The notes under the pieces are model-generated. The model worked only from the letters and a program-made list of their open reading frames with translations. It ran no database searches and was not told the DNA's origin. Of a stretch of 44,830 bases of DNA, positions 1-27,729 are shown one piece after another. A program made the translations under genes and the position numbers. The stretch is from positions 817,076 through 861,905 of the forward strand of contig NMRA01000022.1 in assembly GCA_002633005.1 (NCBI GenBank). Reading direction: 5' to 3'. The stretch comes from Phoronis australis (taxonomy: Eukaryota > Animalia > Phoronida). Every line of letters begins with the position of its first letter. The first letter of the stretch is position 1.

Positions 1-211
1 GATTTAATCTCTGAAACGGGTACACGAAATAATATTTCAAGGTTACGTAAGTCGGCACTGGTCGGATATAGCGATCCGTGATTTAGAAAACCAGTTTCAT
101 CCACTAAGTAACGGGCCTGTTATTTAGTGACTGCCTGGTTCTCTAAATCTCTATATCTTTGCCCATAAGTCTGCTCTTAGACATCGAGACTGAAACAGTG
201 ACCACCGTCTC

Positions 212-250
212 CAGGGGCGGATCCAGGATTTTTAGTTAGATAGGGGGGTG
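212..250 (+). repeat. Terminus of a dispersed repeat (caggggcggatccaggattt...)
   Basis: Near-identical to 44794-44830. Confidence 0.6.
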
Positions 251-736
251 CTAGGGCAGAGTCTTAGCCAGGATTTCGCCTGTCAGACATGTTGTAATAA
301 AGGAAGTCGGTTGGCCAAAAAGGACACACAGGTTCGGGCCTATTAACACGGTGCAAGAGAAAAGGTCTGGAGGATACTCACATTACGTCCGTACAGGACG
401 GCAGCGAACTCCAGAAGGCCCATTCCATCTTGTCACGTGGTCTTGATGGGTGACTCATCACGTGATCGAAAGGTGACCTCGGCTGGGGTCTTCTGGCGTC
501 AAATGTCGCACCAGGCCAAGACCAACATTGTCACGAAAAGGACATCACAACATAGAGACGCCACAGCCGAGACTGACGTCGACATTTACTACAGACATTC
601 GCACCTTCAAACTGCCAAATCTTGATCGCCGAACTATCTATAGTTGTGTAGTCTTTGCACTGACATAATTTCTGTGATCTTATCACTCATATTACTAGCT
701 ATCAATATTAGCTGAAGACAAATTTTATTGTTTCAG

Positions 737-15896
<15,160 letters not shown>

Positions 15897-16195
15897 TGTA
15901 TGATGTCACAGACAACTTGTACGAAGAAGCTACTGTTTCTAGTTGATCCTGCACTGGACAGTTGTGAACTTACCTGGGCTGGCAGTGTTACGTCAGTGAG
16001 CCAGGCATGATTTTCTAAGCCGTCGTTTTTGTGTACTTGACGATACAGAGGGATTGGGGTACTGTGCTAGCCAGCTCTAGTGGCCTGATCCGAATGGTTG
16101 GGCATGAAGAAGATATTTAGATGTTACATCCTTTGTACTGTGGCTGTACAGTACTCCAGCATCTACTTGTGATGACAGTTCAAACTTGATGTCAT

Positions 16196-16201
16196 AATAA
16201 A
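16196..16201 (+). terminator. Candidate polyadenylation signal of HSPA9
   Basis: AATAAA about 300 nt after the stop codon. Confidence 0.5.
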
Positions 16202-17257
16202 ATATATACAAGTATTAAGTAACTGCCCTGAAATGTGCCAAGCATGAGATCTTGGCGAGTGGTTTGAAATTCGTTATCATAGCTTGGAAGAAATTGATAT
16301 TTCAGCTGTAATGTTATTAGATTTTGGTAACTTGCAAGGTGTCTAGTATTTGGTAGATGGCCTGCGATTGGGCGCTGTGTTGGAACTCAGTCTTTGTAAA
16401 TGATTTGTATACATTTTCATTTGTAATTGTCCTGAGCATTGGCAAGAATCGTGTAAATTGTTAATAACTGACTATTTAATATAGCGTGTACATTGAAGAT
16501 GATGAATTCAAAATGGCTTTTTTCATGTTTCTGAAGCAAAGAGTGTCGTGTACTTGACCATAGGTGGCGTGGTGGAACTGGCCACAGGTACAGCTGGATG
16601 ACCTTCGTAAGGCACAATCTGAACACAGATGACTTAGCGCAATACAATCTCTAAAAGAAGTCCTAAAGGATATTGAAGATTTTCTAGAACTTCACAAGCA
16701 TGTTACTGCTGACACCCAAATAGTGCAAATCCTAAACTGTCCTTTCCGATTTGGAGTCATTATTCATTGCGAGTTTCATTAGACTTCCCAGTTGCATGGG
16801 TAATTTTTCCGAGTTCAGAGGTTATTTAGGCAAAATGTGTGCTATGGTCCAAGTGTCCAAATGCATGGTCTGTGGAGTGGGGCTGGGGTTGATGTAGTTT
16901 GTTGTGAGGAATCTGAGAACACAAAGTCTGCACTTATCAACTTGGCATTTATTATCAGCTGACAAAGGGGGTGTGGTGTGTGTGTGTATTTATTTATTAT
17001 AGTGACATAAGGGTACCAGTAAATACAATATCAAAGACAGATTATTCACCACACCCCCCAGCCTCAATGGGCTTACTCAGTCACCTAATAATAATTAATG
17101 TGGTAAGGGTACTTGTAGGTGTCTGCAAGCATTCTGTGCCAAACTCCTACATTTTAGAGGAGATATCAACCAATTAAATTTTCCCAAAGCATGCTTATTA
17201 AATTGGACGCTTGTCGCATTTTGCAATTCAATCTCAATTTTCCAAAATTTTGGCCCA

Positions 17258-18002
17258 TTTTATGCGCCCACATATTAATATGTAGTCGCTTATTGCTGTC
17301 ATCTGTCTGTCCGGGCGTCTGGCGTCCTCAGTTGTATCTCCTAATCCCCTCACAGGATCCTGATGAGATTTGGCAGATGTGTTCCTATGAAGTTGGCGAT
17401 GGATGATTACGAATTTCGGACCTCTTCGACTACCGGTGTGCCCCCTAGTGACAATTTCAATTTTTTAAGCTTACCTCTGTATCTTCGGAGGTCATCAACG
17501 GATTTTCATAAAATTTGGCAGTTGGGCATCTATTAGTGAGCTAACGGTATCGTCCGGTTTTTGGTTTGATTCGTGTTATTTTGCGCTACCTAGTGGCCAC
17601 TTTTATTGTTTTCGAATCTTATTTGGCGTCTGCCCCTCTGTCGACCAAACCACTGAAAGGATGGTTGTGGAAATTGGCATGTATGTTCCTAATGTGAAGA
17701 GGAAGTCTGACGATGATTTTCAATCTACTGTGGCGCCTCTTACTGGCAGTTATGTTTTTTGCGCCTATAGCCTGCTTGTGACAATTTCAATTTTTCGTTT
17801 TCCTCGGGTTTCTCAGAAGTTCCTTGACGGATTTTTAATGAAATTTGGTGAATTTCTTTGATGACATATACCAGTTTTCGGATAGATTCGACGTATTTTG
17901 CGTCATCTAGTGGCCATTTGTTTGTTCCAACTAAACACCCCTAGAAGCACACCGTTTGCGGTGCATTCGTGGGCGCATTTCAACGATCCGCGTCGCTCTT
18001 GT
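17258..18002 (+). mobile_element. Helentron-like element, copy 2 (shorter)
   Basis: Same termini (ATGCGCCCAC 17262; GTGGGCGCAT 17969; hairpin and CTCTTGT) and the same internal units. Confidence 0.8.
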
Positions 18003-20149
18003 TGATTTTCATGGCGCCTTATTGGCCAATGCTCTGCTGGTGTGCACCTATATTTTTTGTAGTCAATACTCAGCTAAGGGTTGGTTTACCGACGAACATT
18101 TCTGGCGGATTTTTACCAAATCGAAAAGCAAGTTCACAGTAATGTAGGCATGCAGTTGACATTTTGCGATTGGAGTTTAACACGGTTTTGCTTTTCACAC
18201 ATCTACGCAGGGAAATGCTGTTCTGTGTGCCACCAAATTCTGAAAAAGTACTCGGGAAGTGACCGAGCACGTATAGTGCAAGTTGGCTGTATTCTGGAAA
18301 AGTTTGTGCTGCTCGTGATTGTCGTACATCCGTGTAATAAAATGCTCTTCTGTTCGCAACTCGTATCAATTAGGCGGGAATGTTGCTATATTTGACTTAG
18401 ACTCATTTGAAGACTTGAGAACTGACAATTCGTCATTACCTCGCGTCGGGCGTATTGATTTACTTGTCACTGCGGCTTGGTTGAAGGATTACCCGATGTG
18501 TTATTGCAACCGATTGGCTTGCAGCACATTTAAAGTTGATATTGTTATGAACTAAGCTTCCTTAAAACAAAAAGCAACGTTTTCCACTTGGGTACGTTAG
18601 AGGGCGTTGGAAGAGTTCGTATTTCGTTGTCGCTCGAGGCTAATCTTGGGCACTTAACGAACTGCCTGGAAATCATTATTGCTATCGCTTTTTACACTAT
18701 AGGGTTTATAGCTTTTTGACAACTTGTTCCTGTTCTTATAAGGATAATAAATTCGTATGTGATAAATCATGGGCAACGTCGTGACATGTGGGCTATTATT
18801 AGTAATCGTTAGTGATGTTGCAGGAAGTCAGGCCGCAAATGCGTCCCTTCCGTGTTGTCTGCAACACACGGCGTAGTTACAACATTTACAATGAATTAGC
18901 TAGGGGTGCGTTCCACAGAGGCGAGAATCTCGGAAAAAAACTGAAGACCGCGAGATATCGCCATGTATTCAATAAGTCACAAGCAAAGCAGTGTTTCTCT
19001 TTCGTAAGCCAACACTAATGTATTGCAGATGCGGTCAGATTACAATTATCTCTACCGATGTAACCAGATGAGATTTTTTCAGACGCATCTCGTAATTGCT
19101 AACATAACACGCGACCACTTTGATAACTTTTTCTTCCCTTTCTCTTAAGTGTCACTTTGGCGAAGTATTTTCAAGTCGAGCGGATTCGGCGAAAAGTCGA
19201 GTTCCACTTCACAGGTGAGCCGACTCGTAGACGGTCTCCGTCGCCCCGCCACCTGGTGACTGAGCGAGGCACACTAGCTTCCTTAGTGAGATTCTCAAAT
19301 AAAAAAATGACGCAATAAAAATGAACAGGGAGATGCAAATATATTTGCTTGATGACGTGCAACAGCACCAGAAGAAAGAAAAAAACAACAAAAAAGGGAT
19401 GAACATAGGGAGGTAGAAATATTGACTTGTGGTCAAAATTGATGGCGACCACCAGGAGAGTAAGTTCTGCGCAAATACAGTAATAAATCCACCGCTATTC
19501 GAGACCAAAAACCTTTGTCAATCACGAACAAGAGAGTGTGGCTACATATATGACTAGAGAACTACTTGAGACTGAGAGGCTGGTAGAGGGCTCTCCGGCC
19601 CGACAACGAAATATCGGACAAATAACTGACACATTTCATCTTACCTAGAAGTTCTCATCTCCGAGATAAGTAAAAGACGAGAAACGACTTCAAGGACTGG
19701 GTCTGCAATTCACTAACACTAAATCACTTCTGCAGAGAAGCAAGTTGGCTATACCAGGCAATAACTTGTAGATGAAGGAATGCCTTTCTCCGGGAAATGA
19801 TAACGATATGCCTATTTGTCGTAAGTCTCTTATACCATACCGGTAACTAGTGAGCCGGTGGAAAAAGTGACCGCTGCTGATTTTTCATGTTTTAACCTCT
19901 GAACCATATCTGTTAATTTACCTTTTGATTGTTGACAGAGGTCCGATAAACGAACCCCCACATTTGACATTCTTTGATAAATTGTGCGACAACTGAGTCA
20001 CTATTTATCATGAGTCGGAAGAAAAATACCTGTGCAAGACAAACTGATATCTGTATTCACAACCAAGGATTCTCTAACGTAGCAGGATGACTGCCTGATA
20101 AAAACACAACCTTTTGATACATGTACTTTGGAAGACAGCGAGAATTCAG

Positions 20150-20572
20150 TGGCAGGTTGCGTCAAACAGTCCCTAATAGGGACTCAACTAAGTTCCCTAA
20201 AACCTAAGGCGAATTTTTGGACTTGAGAAAACACCGATTGAAATTTCTTACTGTTCTAGTTTCATTACTAAGTCAACTTTTGCCTTTGATACATATCGAT
20301 AGTGAACTCCACGTTGAATTGTCAATATTATCGAAAATAATTAGAGATCTTTTCATGCAACACCCTCAATTTAAGGACTGAGTCCCTAATTATTTTCGAT
20401 GAAATCTGGGTTCGGTTTTTAGTTATATCATTAGAAAATGTTTTTAATCAAAGAGGAGCTCATAATAAAAATGAAATGATAGAAACATATTTCATCTGTT
20501 TGTCCATGAATACATAAATACGCAAAACGACTTAGGTAGTCCCTATTTGGGAATGTTTCATGCAACCGGCTA
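20150..20572. mobile_element. PIF/Harbinger-type MITE
   Basis: ~40-bp imperfect TIRs (tggcaggttgcgtcaaacagtccctaatagggac / gtccctatttgggaatgtttcatgcaaccggcta) flanked by a 3-bp CAG duplication. Confidence 0.7.
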
Positions 20573-22975
20573 CAGGTGCCCAAGAGTCAATGGTGACTAG
20601 TCCCAGACACGCTCGTAAAATGAGCTACTGAACCCTTGGATAGGAAAGGAACTTTAGATTTACTATTAACCGCCATAAAATTCTGTTCTCAACCTCAAAC
20701 TGGTTCGAACTTGGTGCTCCTTACCGAGTGTTGGCCTCTGGGCTGGTCAAGAACCTTCCGCACGTATTACTTGAAACTATGGTCGCAAAGTCGGCGTTGT
20801 CAAAGCCACCACAACATTAAATCAGTTGAGCCTCAGTAGTCTCAAACATATCCTGGTAGTGCTTTACAAGCCCACAAAGCAACTATAATTTTATCAACGG
20901 CCATTAAGTAGTAAATCAAAAGAGTTTTTGACGAATAGCGGGTTTATATCACTCCAGCCACCCGGCGACGGAGTCAGGAGTATTCGTCAATAGTACACTA
21001 CCCTTAAAATTAGTTAAATGCAAAATACCAATAAATCTTCTTGACAATGCAAAATGCAAGACTAACCTCTACCTAAAAAGCACAGTTTAATTGCTCCAGA
21101 AAACATCTTTATAACGAAAGACCAATATCGGAAAAAGCGGCCACACTGAAGGCTCATTGAGTTCTCGGACGCATGCACCTCGCTGCCTTAAACTATCCAA
21201 TAAGAGGCATTCTTTTTTAGTGGGGGTATTCCTATTGAGTTGTTTCCTCAAGGAAAATCTCGAGTGGTAGAGTCCCGTCTTCGGCTCCCAACGGAAAATC
21301 GAGTGCAAACGATCGATTCGTATGGCAGATTTAATGAATACATGTCATACAGGGTCAAATTCTATTGTCGGACGTTTACTTTTAGGCACAGTTGAAAAGA
21401 CGCTACTAAGAAAGACTTCCTTGTAGTGAGACTTAAGCAGGTCTAAAAGCCTATAATCGCATTGTTGATATGGTACGCTAGGCCTGTCTCAGTACACTAT
21501 AAGGAGTTTGCCGAGTTTAAGTTCTAATGTTAATAACGCAGTTCAAAATTGAAAAGTGTGCATTTCGGAAGGACTTAATTTCTAACCACTGAAGTAATTC
21601 CCACTTACATTACAATTACGTTTCCCCTTTCTAGTTTAATTTGTGCCCTTTGTTACTTATCCATATACAAGCAACAGGAAACAACTTAGGCCTACTGACC
21701 AATCAAAATCATGACATTTTTAAGATAACAATCATCCAATGACAATCTTCGAAACAAGTTACCCATTCATTTTTTAGGAACACTGATTCAAACACCCGGC
21801 AATTAGAAACGTGACTATCTAAGTCTTTAAGGAAAAGAAATTGTCAATGTCCTCATGTAGTATTCTTGATTTGTTGACAAATTCCAGAAGGAAATGGACA
21901 TATAAGATTATAAAAAGACACTGAAATGGCGAAGAGTCATTCCCAAACTTTGATTGAATACACAAACTCGCACCTGAAGACAGGATTGCAGCCAACAGTG
22001 ATCGTCTCACAAGAAGAACTCCAATTGGATAGTAAAGGTACGATGTCATAAACTCAGCAATAGCCAATAAGTAAATGAGGATTGGGTTATTATTTGGACT
22101 TTTTCTACAATAAGATGCTGGAGTTGCAGAAACATTTGCACAATTTATAAAGAGGAGATCTCATCTCGTTCCGAGAAGAAACTAGCTTTTGGCCTCGTGC
22201 AATTATAACGAGACCACAAGTTCTTTCTACACCTAAAATCAGTACTATTTAACCAAGCATTAATATTGAGATAAATTTGACTACACTAAGTGGTTCTAAT
22301 CAAAATTTGGTTTTTGTGTTGAGTTTATTTTCGATTTAAGTTAGAGTTACGAAAGTTTCTCTTTTGTCCTATCTCAGCGTATTTCGTTGCACTGTTCTTA
22401 AGCGAGAGAGTGCGTGTGGAGCCAACTTCCACAAATTCAATCCATGATCCACACCACGGAGTTCAGCACACCCACGGCTGCATAACACCCGGTTCTGTAG
22501 TACAGTGGTAGAAATCTGAATGTTATCTCGATTTTTTCACTTTGCAAGTGTAAAATTAAAACAAGACTTGAAATACGTGATTTGCCGCCTTAATAGCCAC
22601 TCTAGGTGGGAATTCGCAATATCACTTCTTTCGAGTTGTCTTATACACAGCGCGACAGTCTCAACTTTGACTATAATTAAACTACTATAGAATTGTTTTT
22701 TAAATGAGTAAGTATCCACAATAGAAACCTGCGTAACGGTCGTCTGCACATTACTGGGATCGCACATTGTCAAAATTTCAGAGCAGCCTAAACTAGACTG
22801 TCGTCACATGTCTTACCAAGCAAATATTAATGTTCAACTCATGTAAAATAAAGTTTGGTCAGTTGATTAATAAATTGATTAAACGTATCCCCCATACTCG
22901 AATAGCCGAGTAGAATTACTCGTACGAGAAGACTACGTTCAGTTTGTTTAACGCACAAATTGCCTTTAATTTCAG

Positions 22976-23617
22976 ATGCTTCAATTGACGTCCGCGCTTA
23001 TAGTCGTCTTGGTCAGCCTGTCAAAGACGTCCGCTGCGCCAACAGTCGCTCGCAACTGTACCAAGCCTCCTGACTCACAACTCCACGCCCGACTCATGGC
23101 CCTAAACTCGGGAATTGGTTCCCACGAGTCGTTCGCATTGGACCCAAGAATTGTCCAAAACAGTCAAGACATTAGCCGTGAAGAATTCGAAAGCTTAAGC
23201 AAGAACTACCCTCTCTACGGCGACACGCAATGTCCCACTAAACCATTACCAACTGGAGTTTTTGCTGCTCTCCATCAACGAGGCACGTGCCCATGGTATT
23301 ACGCAATTAATCACGACCCATCACGATTTCCCTCCACTTTGGCGGAGGCAACATGTAGATGTGAGGAGTGTGTCAAACAGAAAGGCGATTCCTTGGTTAG
23401 AACCATAAATGTATGCGAACCGGTTACGTACAGTGTACGCGTCTTGGTGCAAACGGGAAACTGCATTGATGGTTACTTTGAGTACCAAGTTGACTGGCAA
23501 CCCATCAGGGCGGGATGCACATGTGCAATGGCCAACACACACATGTCCGGACCCGGGAACCTTGGGAGACGAGTGGCGTCACCTGATGACGGAAGCCTTC
23601 CACCGATGGCTTCTTAA
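22976..23617 (+). CDS. IL17: Interleukin-17 family cytokine (213 aa, secreted)
   Basis: N-terminal signal peptide (MLQLTSALIVVLVSLSKTSA). IL-17 cystine-knot pattern RGTCPWYY..NHDPSRFPSTLAEATCRCEEC...CEPV...C...GCTCA. The ATG sits directly after a tttcag acceptor, so an upstream exon is likely. Confidence 0.93.
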   Translation: MLQLTSALIVVLVSLSKTSAAPTVARNCTKPPDSQLHARLMALNSGIGSHESFALDPRIVQNSQDISREEFESLSKNYPLYGDTQCPTKPLPTGVFAALHQRGTCPWYYAINHDPSRFPSTLAEATCRCEECVKQKGDSLVRTINVCEPVTYSVRVLVQTGNCIDGYFEYQVDWQPIRAGCTCAMANTHMSGPGNLGRRVASPDDGSLPPMAS

Positions 23618-23791
23618 TAACAACAAGAGAAGAACCATAGACATGTTACACATGTAGCAGTAGTTTAACTTATGTTTTTGTTTATTTTTATATCTACCCT
23701 TGCCGTCCATTTTATAGGTGACCTGTTAAATCCATGAACAAAATCCCGGTGTCATTCTGTGAGGCAGAATGGTATTATTGTTTTTTTATGT

Positions 23792-23819
23792 ATTTATGCA
23801 ACATATTTATAATAATTTA
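23792..23819 (+). promoter_or_regulatory. AU-rich element cluster in IL-17 3'UTR
   Basis: Three ATTTA pentamers (23792, 23805, 23815) in a U-rich context. Confidence 0.5.
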
Positions 23820-23924
23820 ATTGTTGTATACTTGTGGTTAGTATGAACTGCATTGCTGCTCAGCGAGTTAATTTCTACACGTGAATAATTTGAACAAGAT
23901 GGACCTACCTCATTACCAGTCATG

Positions 23925-24270
23925 ACAATCATCATCGTTGTAGTCGTCGTCGTCGTCGTCATCGCTGTAGTCATCGTCGCAATTCCAACCGTCGCTTGAG
24001 AACATCTGCTATCTTAGACGTTGCCATGGTTGCTGTTATTGTCGTCATATTCACTGTTTTTGCCCTCACCATGGTGATAACTATAGTTGTTCTTATCGTC
24101 ATCACCGTCACCACCCTCATCATTTTGGTTAGAAGCGTACCGATGATTGCCACCATCACCGTCATCATTATTATCTCCATCAGTCATTACCACCACCATT
24201 AACATCGCCATCATCATCACCCGCCGCCGTCATCTCCATGGTTACCACTACCAGACGTTACCATCAACAT
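23925..24270. repeat. Degenerate trinucleotide (CAT/CGT/CAC) low-complexity tract
   Basis: Direct reading; lies in the putative IL-17 3'UTR. Confidence 0.8.
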
Positions 24271-24417
24271 CAAAGGGCCGCACTCACCTTTATTCTTATC
24301 TTGTTTCGCAATCTACATGTATAAGGGGGACCATTCAGTATTAATGTTGTGGAGGCATTCCATGTAACTATTTATTAAACGGAAATGTGTTGTTAAAAGT
24401 TTCTAAATATCTCGTGA

Positions 24418-24423
24418 AATAAA
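24418..24423 (+). terminator. Candidate polyadenylation signal of IL-17
   Basis: AATAAA followed by a GT/T-rich downstream tract. Confidence 0.5.
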
Positions 24424-25214
24424 AATGTTCTACTTTGACTTGTTTGTTTAGTTATTCATTGTTATTGACACGTGCATCTGAATACTTGTACGTGCTTCTG
24501 ATTACTTGTACGTGCCTCTGATTAATTTCCTCTGTATTAGTAAATTATTGTACCCAGGCCTTTATTCCACCATTAAGCTTTGTGTACGAGACATCATTCA
24601 CATCATAAATGAAATCACCTCCAACACGCAAAGTAAAAAAAAAATAATAACACGAAAAGATCATGCTAAGTCTTTGAAATTTTGCCAACTATCATTTTAA
24701 AAGTGTACATTTTAGTCGGGTATAGGCCTATTTTATTAATACACGAATGGCCAAATTAGCTTTGTCATGTGATCTGAAAGCAGTAAAACAAATTCATANG
24801 AAGGAAAATGACGACTTTTTCTTAGATGAGTTACTGCACAGCGGCACACAGCAATGAACCATGCTTGCGAAGTGGGACAGGTGGCCTCGTTTTGGCGTTG
24901 GCCCATTTAAATATGGCGAATGCGTGCAAGTAGTGAATGTACGTGCTCTAAAATATTACACTGATACTTAGAGTGAACTTTAGCCATTGACTAACATTCA
25001 GGCTATCTTAGTTTACAGCAAGTGCTGCAATTACGCTAAATCAAAATAAAATGTTCTTAGCAGTAAAACATTTGAGGGGCGGAACGAGAGCAAAATACTC
25101 TAGAATAAAACCTGGATCTTTCAGAAAAGATTTTTCACAGTGACCATTACAGTCGTGACGATTGTTGACACTCTGCAAACTTCTACACTTAAAGTGAAAT
25201 TATCATAGAGAGAA

Positions 25215-25285
25215 CAGCCCAAGCGAGGATTCGAACCGGGAACGTTCACGGCGGCAGCCAAATGCTCTGGTAGCTGAAATAAATC
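25215..25285 (-). mobile_element. Degenerate tRNA-derived (SINE-like) head
   Basis: B box GGTTCGAATCC on the minus strand (25227-25237); no complete cloverleaf. Confidence 0.35.
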
Positions 25286-25480
25286 TCATCCTTGATTTCA
25301 TCGAATGTTTGGCACACATCATCGATAAGTGGCGCTCTGCAGTAAAATCACGAAAATACAACAGATTTATTGTTTTAAGAGTTTGGACAAAGATAATAAC
25401 TTCAAAATGTCTTTCAACAACAGTAATCCCAAAATGCGTTTTTCGGCAGCTAAACGATAATGTGCAGCTTTTAAAATCGA
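25280..25480 (+). repeat. Dispersed repeat, diverged copy of ~34762-34950
   Basis: Collinear similarity (ccttgatttca.cgaatgt.tggca ... cccaaaatgcgt). Confidence 0.6.
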
Positions 25481-25567
25481 ACTGGAGGACTTGAAAGGGA
25501 CGGGGCGAGATGAGACTGGAGGACTTGTAAGGGACGGGGCGAGGTGAGACTGTAAAGAACGGGGCGG
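25481..25567. repeat. 34-bp tandem duplication plus a partial third copy
   Basis: actggaggacttg(a/t)aagggacggggcgag(a/g)tgag. Confidence 0.8.
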
Positions 25568-25701
25568 CACAAGGAAATCGCCTTAACATAACCCTAGAAC
25601 TCTGCAAACAAATTTGAGAACCGAACGGGATTGCTATCCTGCAACTCTTCATGTATATTGACTTACTTTAATGGCAGTAAATATAGTGTTTGATGGCGGA
25701 C

Positions 25702-25936
25702 CAAAGTCCCGTTTCATAAAAGTGATATTTGGTCTTACGCTCCACACAATTATTTCTGAGAAATAAATAAATTTCACTTGAGCAAAAAAGCACAGTCTCT
25801 GTAACTATATACACAACTGCCACTTTCTGATATAATTTCTATAAGTTATTTCTAAACTGATTCACTCATGATCACTTAACCCTTTATTTATCAATTGTGA
25901 AGTCTCACTAAGTCACTTTTCATGAAACAGGCTCTG
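25702..25936. mobile_element. Degenerate MITE
   Basis: IR gtttcataaaagtga / tcacttttcatgaaac with further weaker pairing. Confidence 0.5.
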
Positions 25937-27667
25937 CAGTAGAAGTTCAATAAACTCAATCCCAGTATAACTCTGCATGCAATACATGCAGCTTAGTGAG
26001 GTTTAATTCCTCACTATGATATACGTGAAAAACCCCTTTCCTTTCGGCCCACTAGAGTCACGTGTGGATCACCAAAATGCTCGATTTGTAATTCAAATGA
26101 CTCGCGCATTATAAATAAATGCAAATGTGTGCATCAAAGTAAATCAAGCGGTAGTAACCTATTATACTCTATCACATGGCTTCAGGAGGTACTTTTAATT
26201 CGCTTTCTATATCTCAGGATCAATCGCCGACCTTCCTGATCCCATATCATATCCAAACAATTATTAACGTACGGGATTTTTGAAGACGGTTGCGTACCTC
26301 CGCGACCAGACCTGGAATGTGAAGATGCTTTAGTGGTTGAATAAATATAATGGAGAGGCAAAATGAAATAAGATGGAGTGTAAAGCCTTCTTTCATTCTC
26401 CTGCAAAACAGCATGTATAAGGTCTCAATGACTTGAGATTCTATTTGCTTTGTACTGCTGACGAATAAACATGCATTTCATAGTCCATTTTATTTTCCTT
26501 AAAGTTGTATTTCACGCCTTTAGGTGGCAAAAAGAAAACGAAAATCGGATTAGGCCTTCTGCTCTCATAAAATCAGCCTCAAAATATCCCTGATGGGATT
26601 AGATTCCATTTCTGTTATCGACGAATTCTCATTATCTGTGATTTTAATTGCCGGTTCATTCGGCAACAATTGCAAAATCCAATGAACCCGATAATATTTA
26701 TGAGCCCCTGAAAGCTCTTAAATTAAGTGTTCCACACTGAATGCTTAAACAGGGGCGAATTGCAGCTTCGAAATTTGAAGTTTCAATGAGTATGTATTCT
26801 GGTCCCCTCCCAAAATTCCTCAAAAATTCAGAGAATGGGATTTTCAGTCTTGTCCTGTCCTCTGTGCAAAGGCCTTTAATTAATTTTTACATTTCTACAC
26901 CCAGAAAGCGTGAGCATTATCAAAAGAATGATGTCTCTCAACTGGAAATAGATGTCGCCGTAGTGTAAAATATAATTTCCGTCGGAGTTAAACGTTATAT
27001 GCACATGGTGTGTGCAAATTCCAGTGATACTGCCAATCATTCTCGAGTTTAAAGTCATGTGACTTGCCGTGTGACTCAAATCCATGTATGCGCAGATAAC
27101 GTTCACTGACAAGTGAAATTCGAAAATACCTGAAATGTTTCAAATGGTGTGCGTATTGACCTCGCCAAGTCCAGGACACCTCGGGTATTTCCGAAACCTC
27201 AAATTTAAAGCCACGTAAAAGCTCGCGGCAGGCGTCAGTTCCGGATGGTCTTTATAAGAGGCACTCTGATTTCAATTTGAATGTTGGCGTAGTCTTGTAC
27301 AATTTTAAAACAGGCAGATACTGCCACCAAATTAGTGCAAAGAACAAAGACTGTTGTTTCCCTTTACGGTTTTTTGTTGGGGAGGGTGAGAGTGTGGCAG
27401 GGACGAGAAAGGGGGACGGGAGAAAGAGATGGCGAAACAATATGTTTACTAACTTGTATCCAATTAGCAAATGCCGCTTCACTGAGCCTGGACCAGCAAT
27501 ATAAATGTGAAAGAAGTAATAAATAATTCTGCTATCAAATTCATTCATTGAACATGTGGTATTAATATCATACCGTAATTTCTCCTTAGTCAAGAATCAA
27601 TTGGTGCTACATTAACAGCACTCCACTAGATGATAGCGTGCAACCTTAAAATGGCAAATAAACAAGC

Positions 27668-27678
27668 ACACACACACA

Positions 27679-27725
<47 letters not shown>
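27668..27725. repeat. (CA)n microsatellite
   Basis: Direct reading. Confidence 0.95.

Positions 27726-27729
<4 letters not shown>

Noticed and set aside
437-625. 62-aa ORF as HSPA9 exon 1
   Set aside because: It is not presequence-like and has no convincing in-phase splice donor before its stop.
21754-21765. ACAAGTTACCCA identical to the snoRNA D-box guide region
   Set aside because: It is on the same strand as the guide, so it is not a target in IL-17-sense RNA; treated as chance.
23971-24344. Hydrophobic, Asp-rich and His-rich ORFs
   Set aside because: Artefacts of the trinucleotide low-complexity tract.
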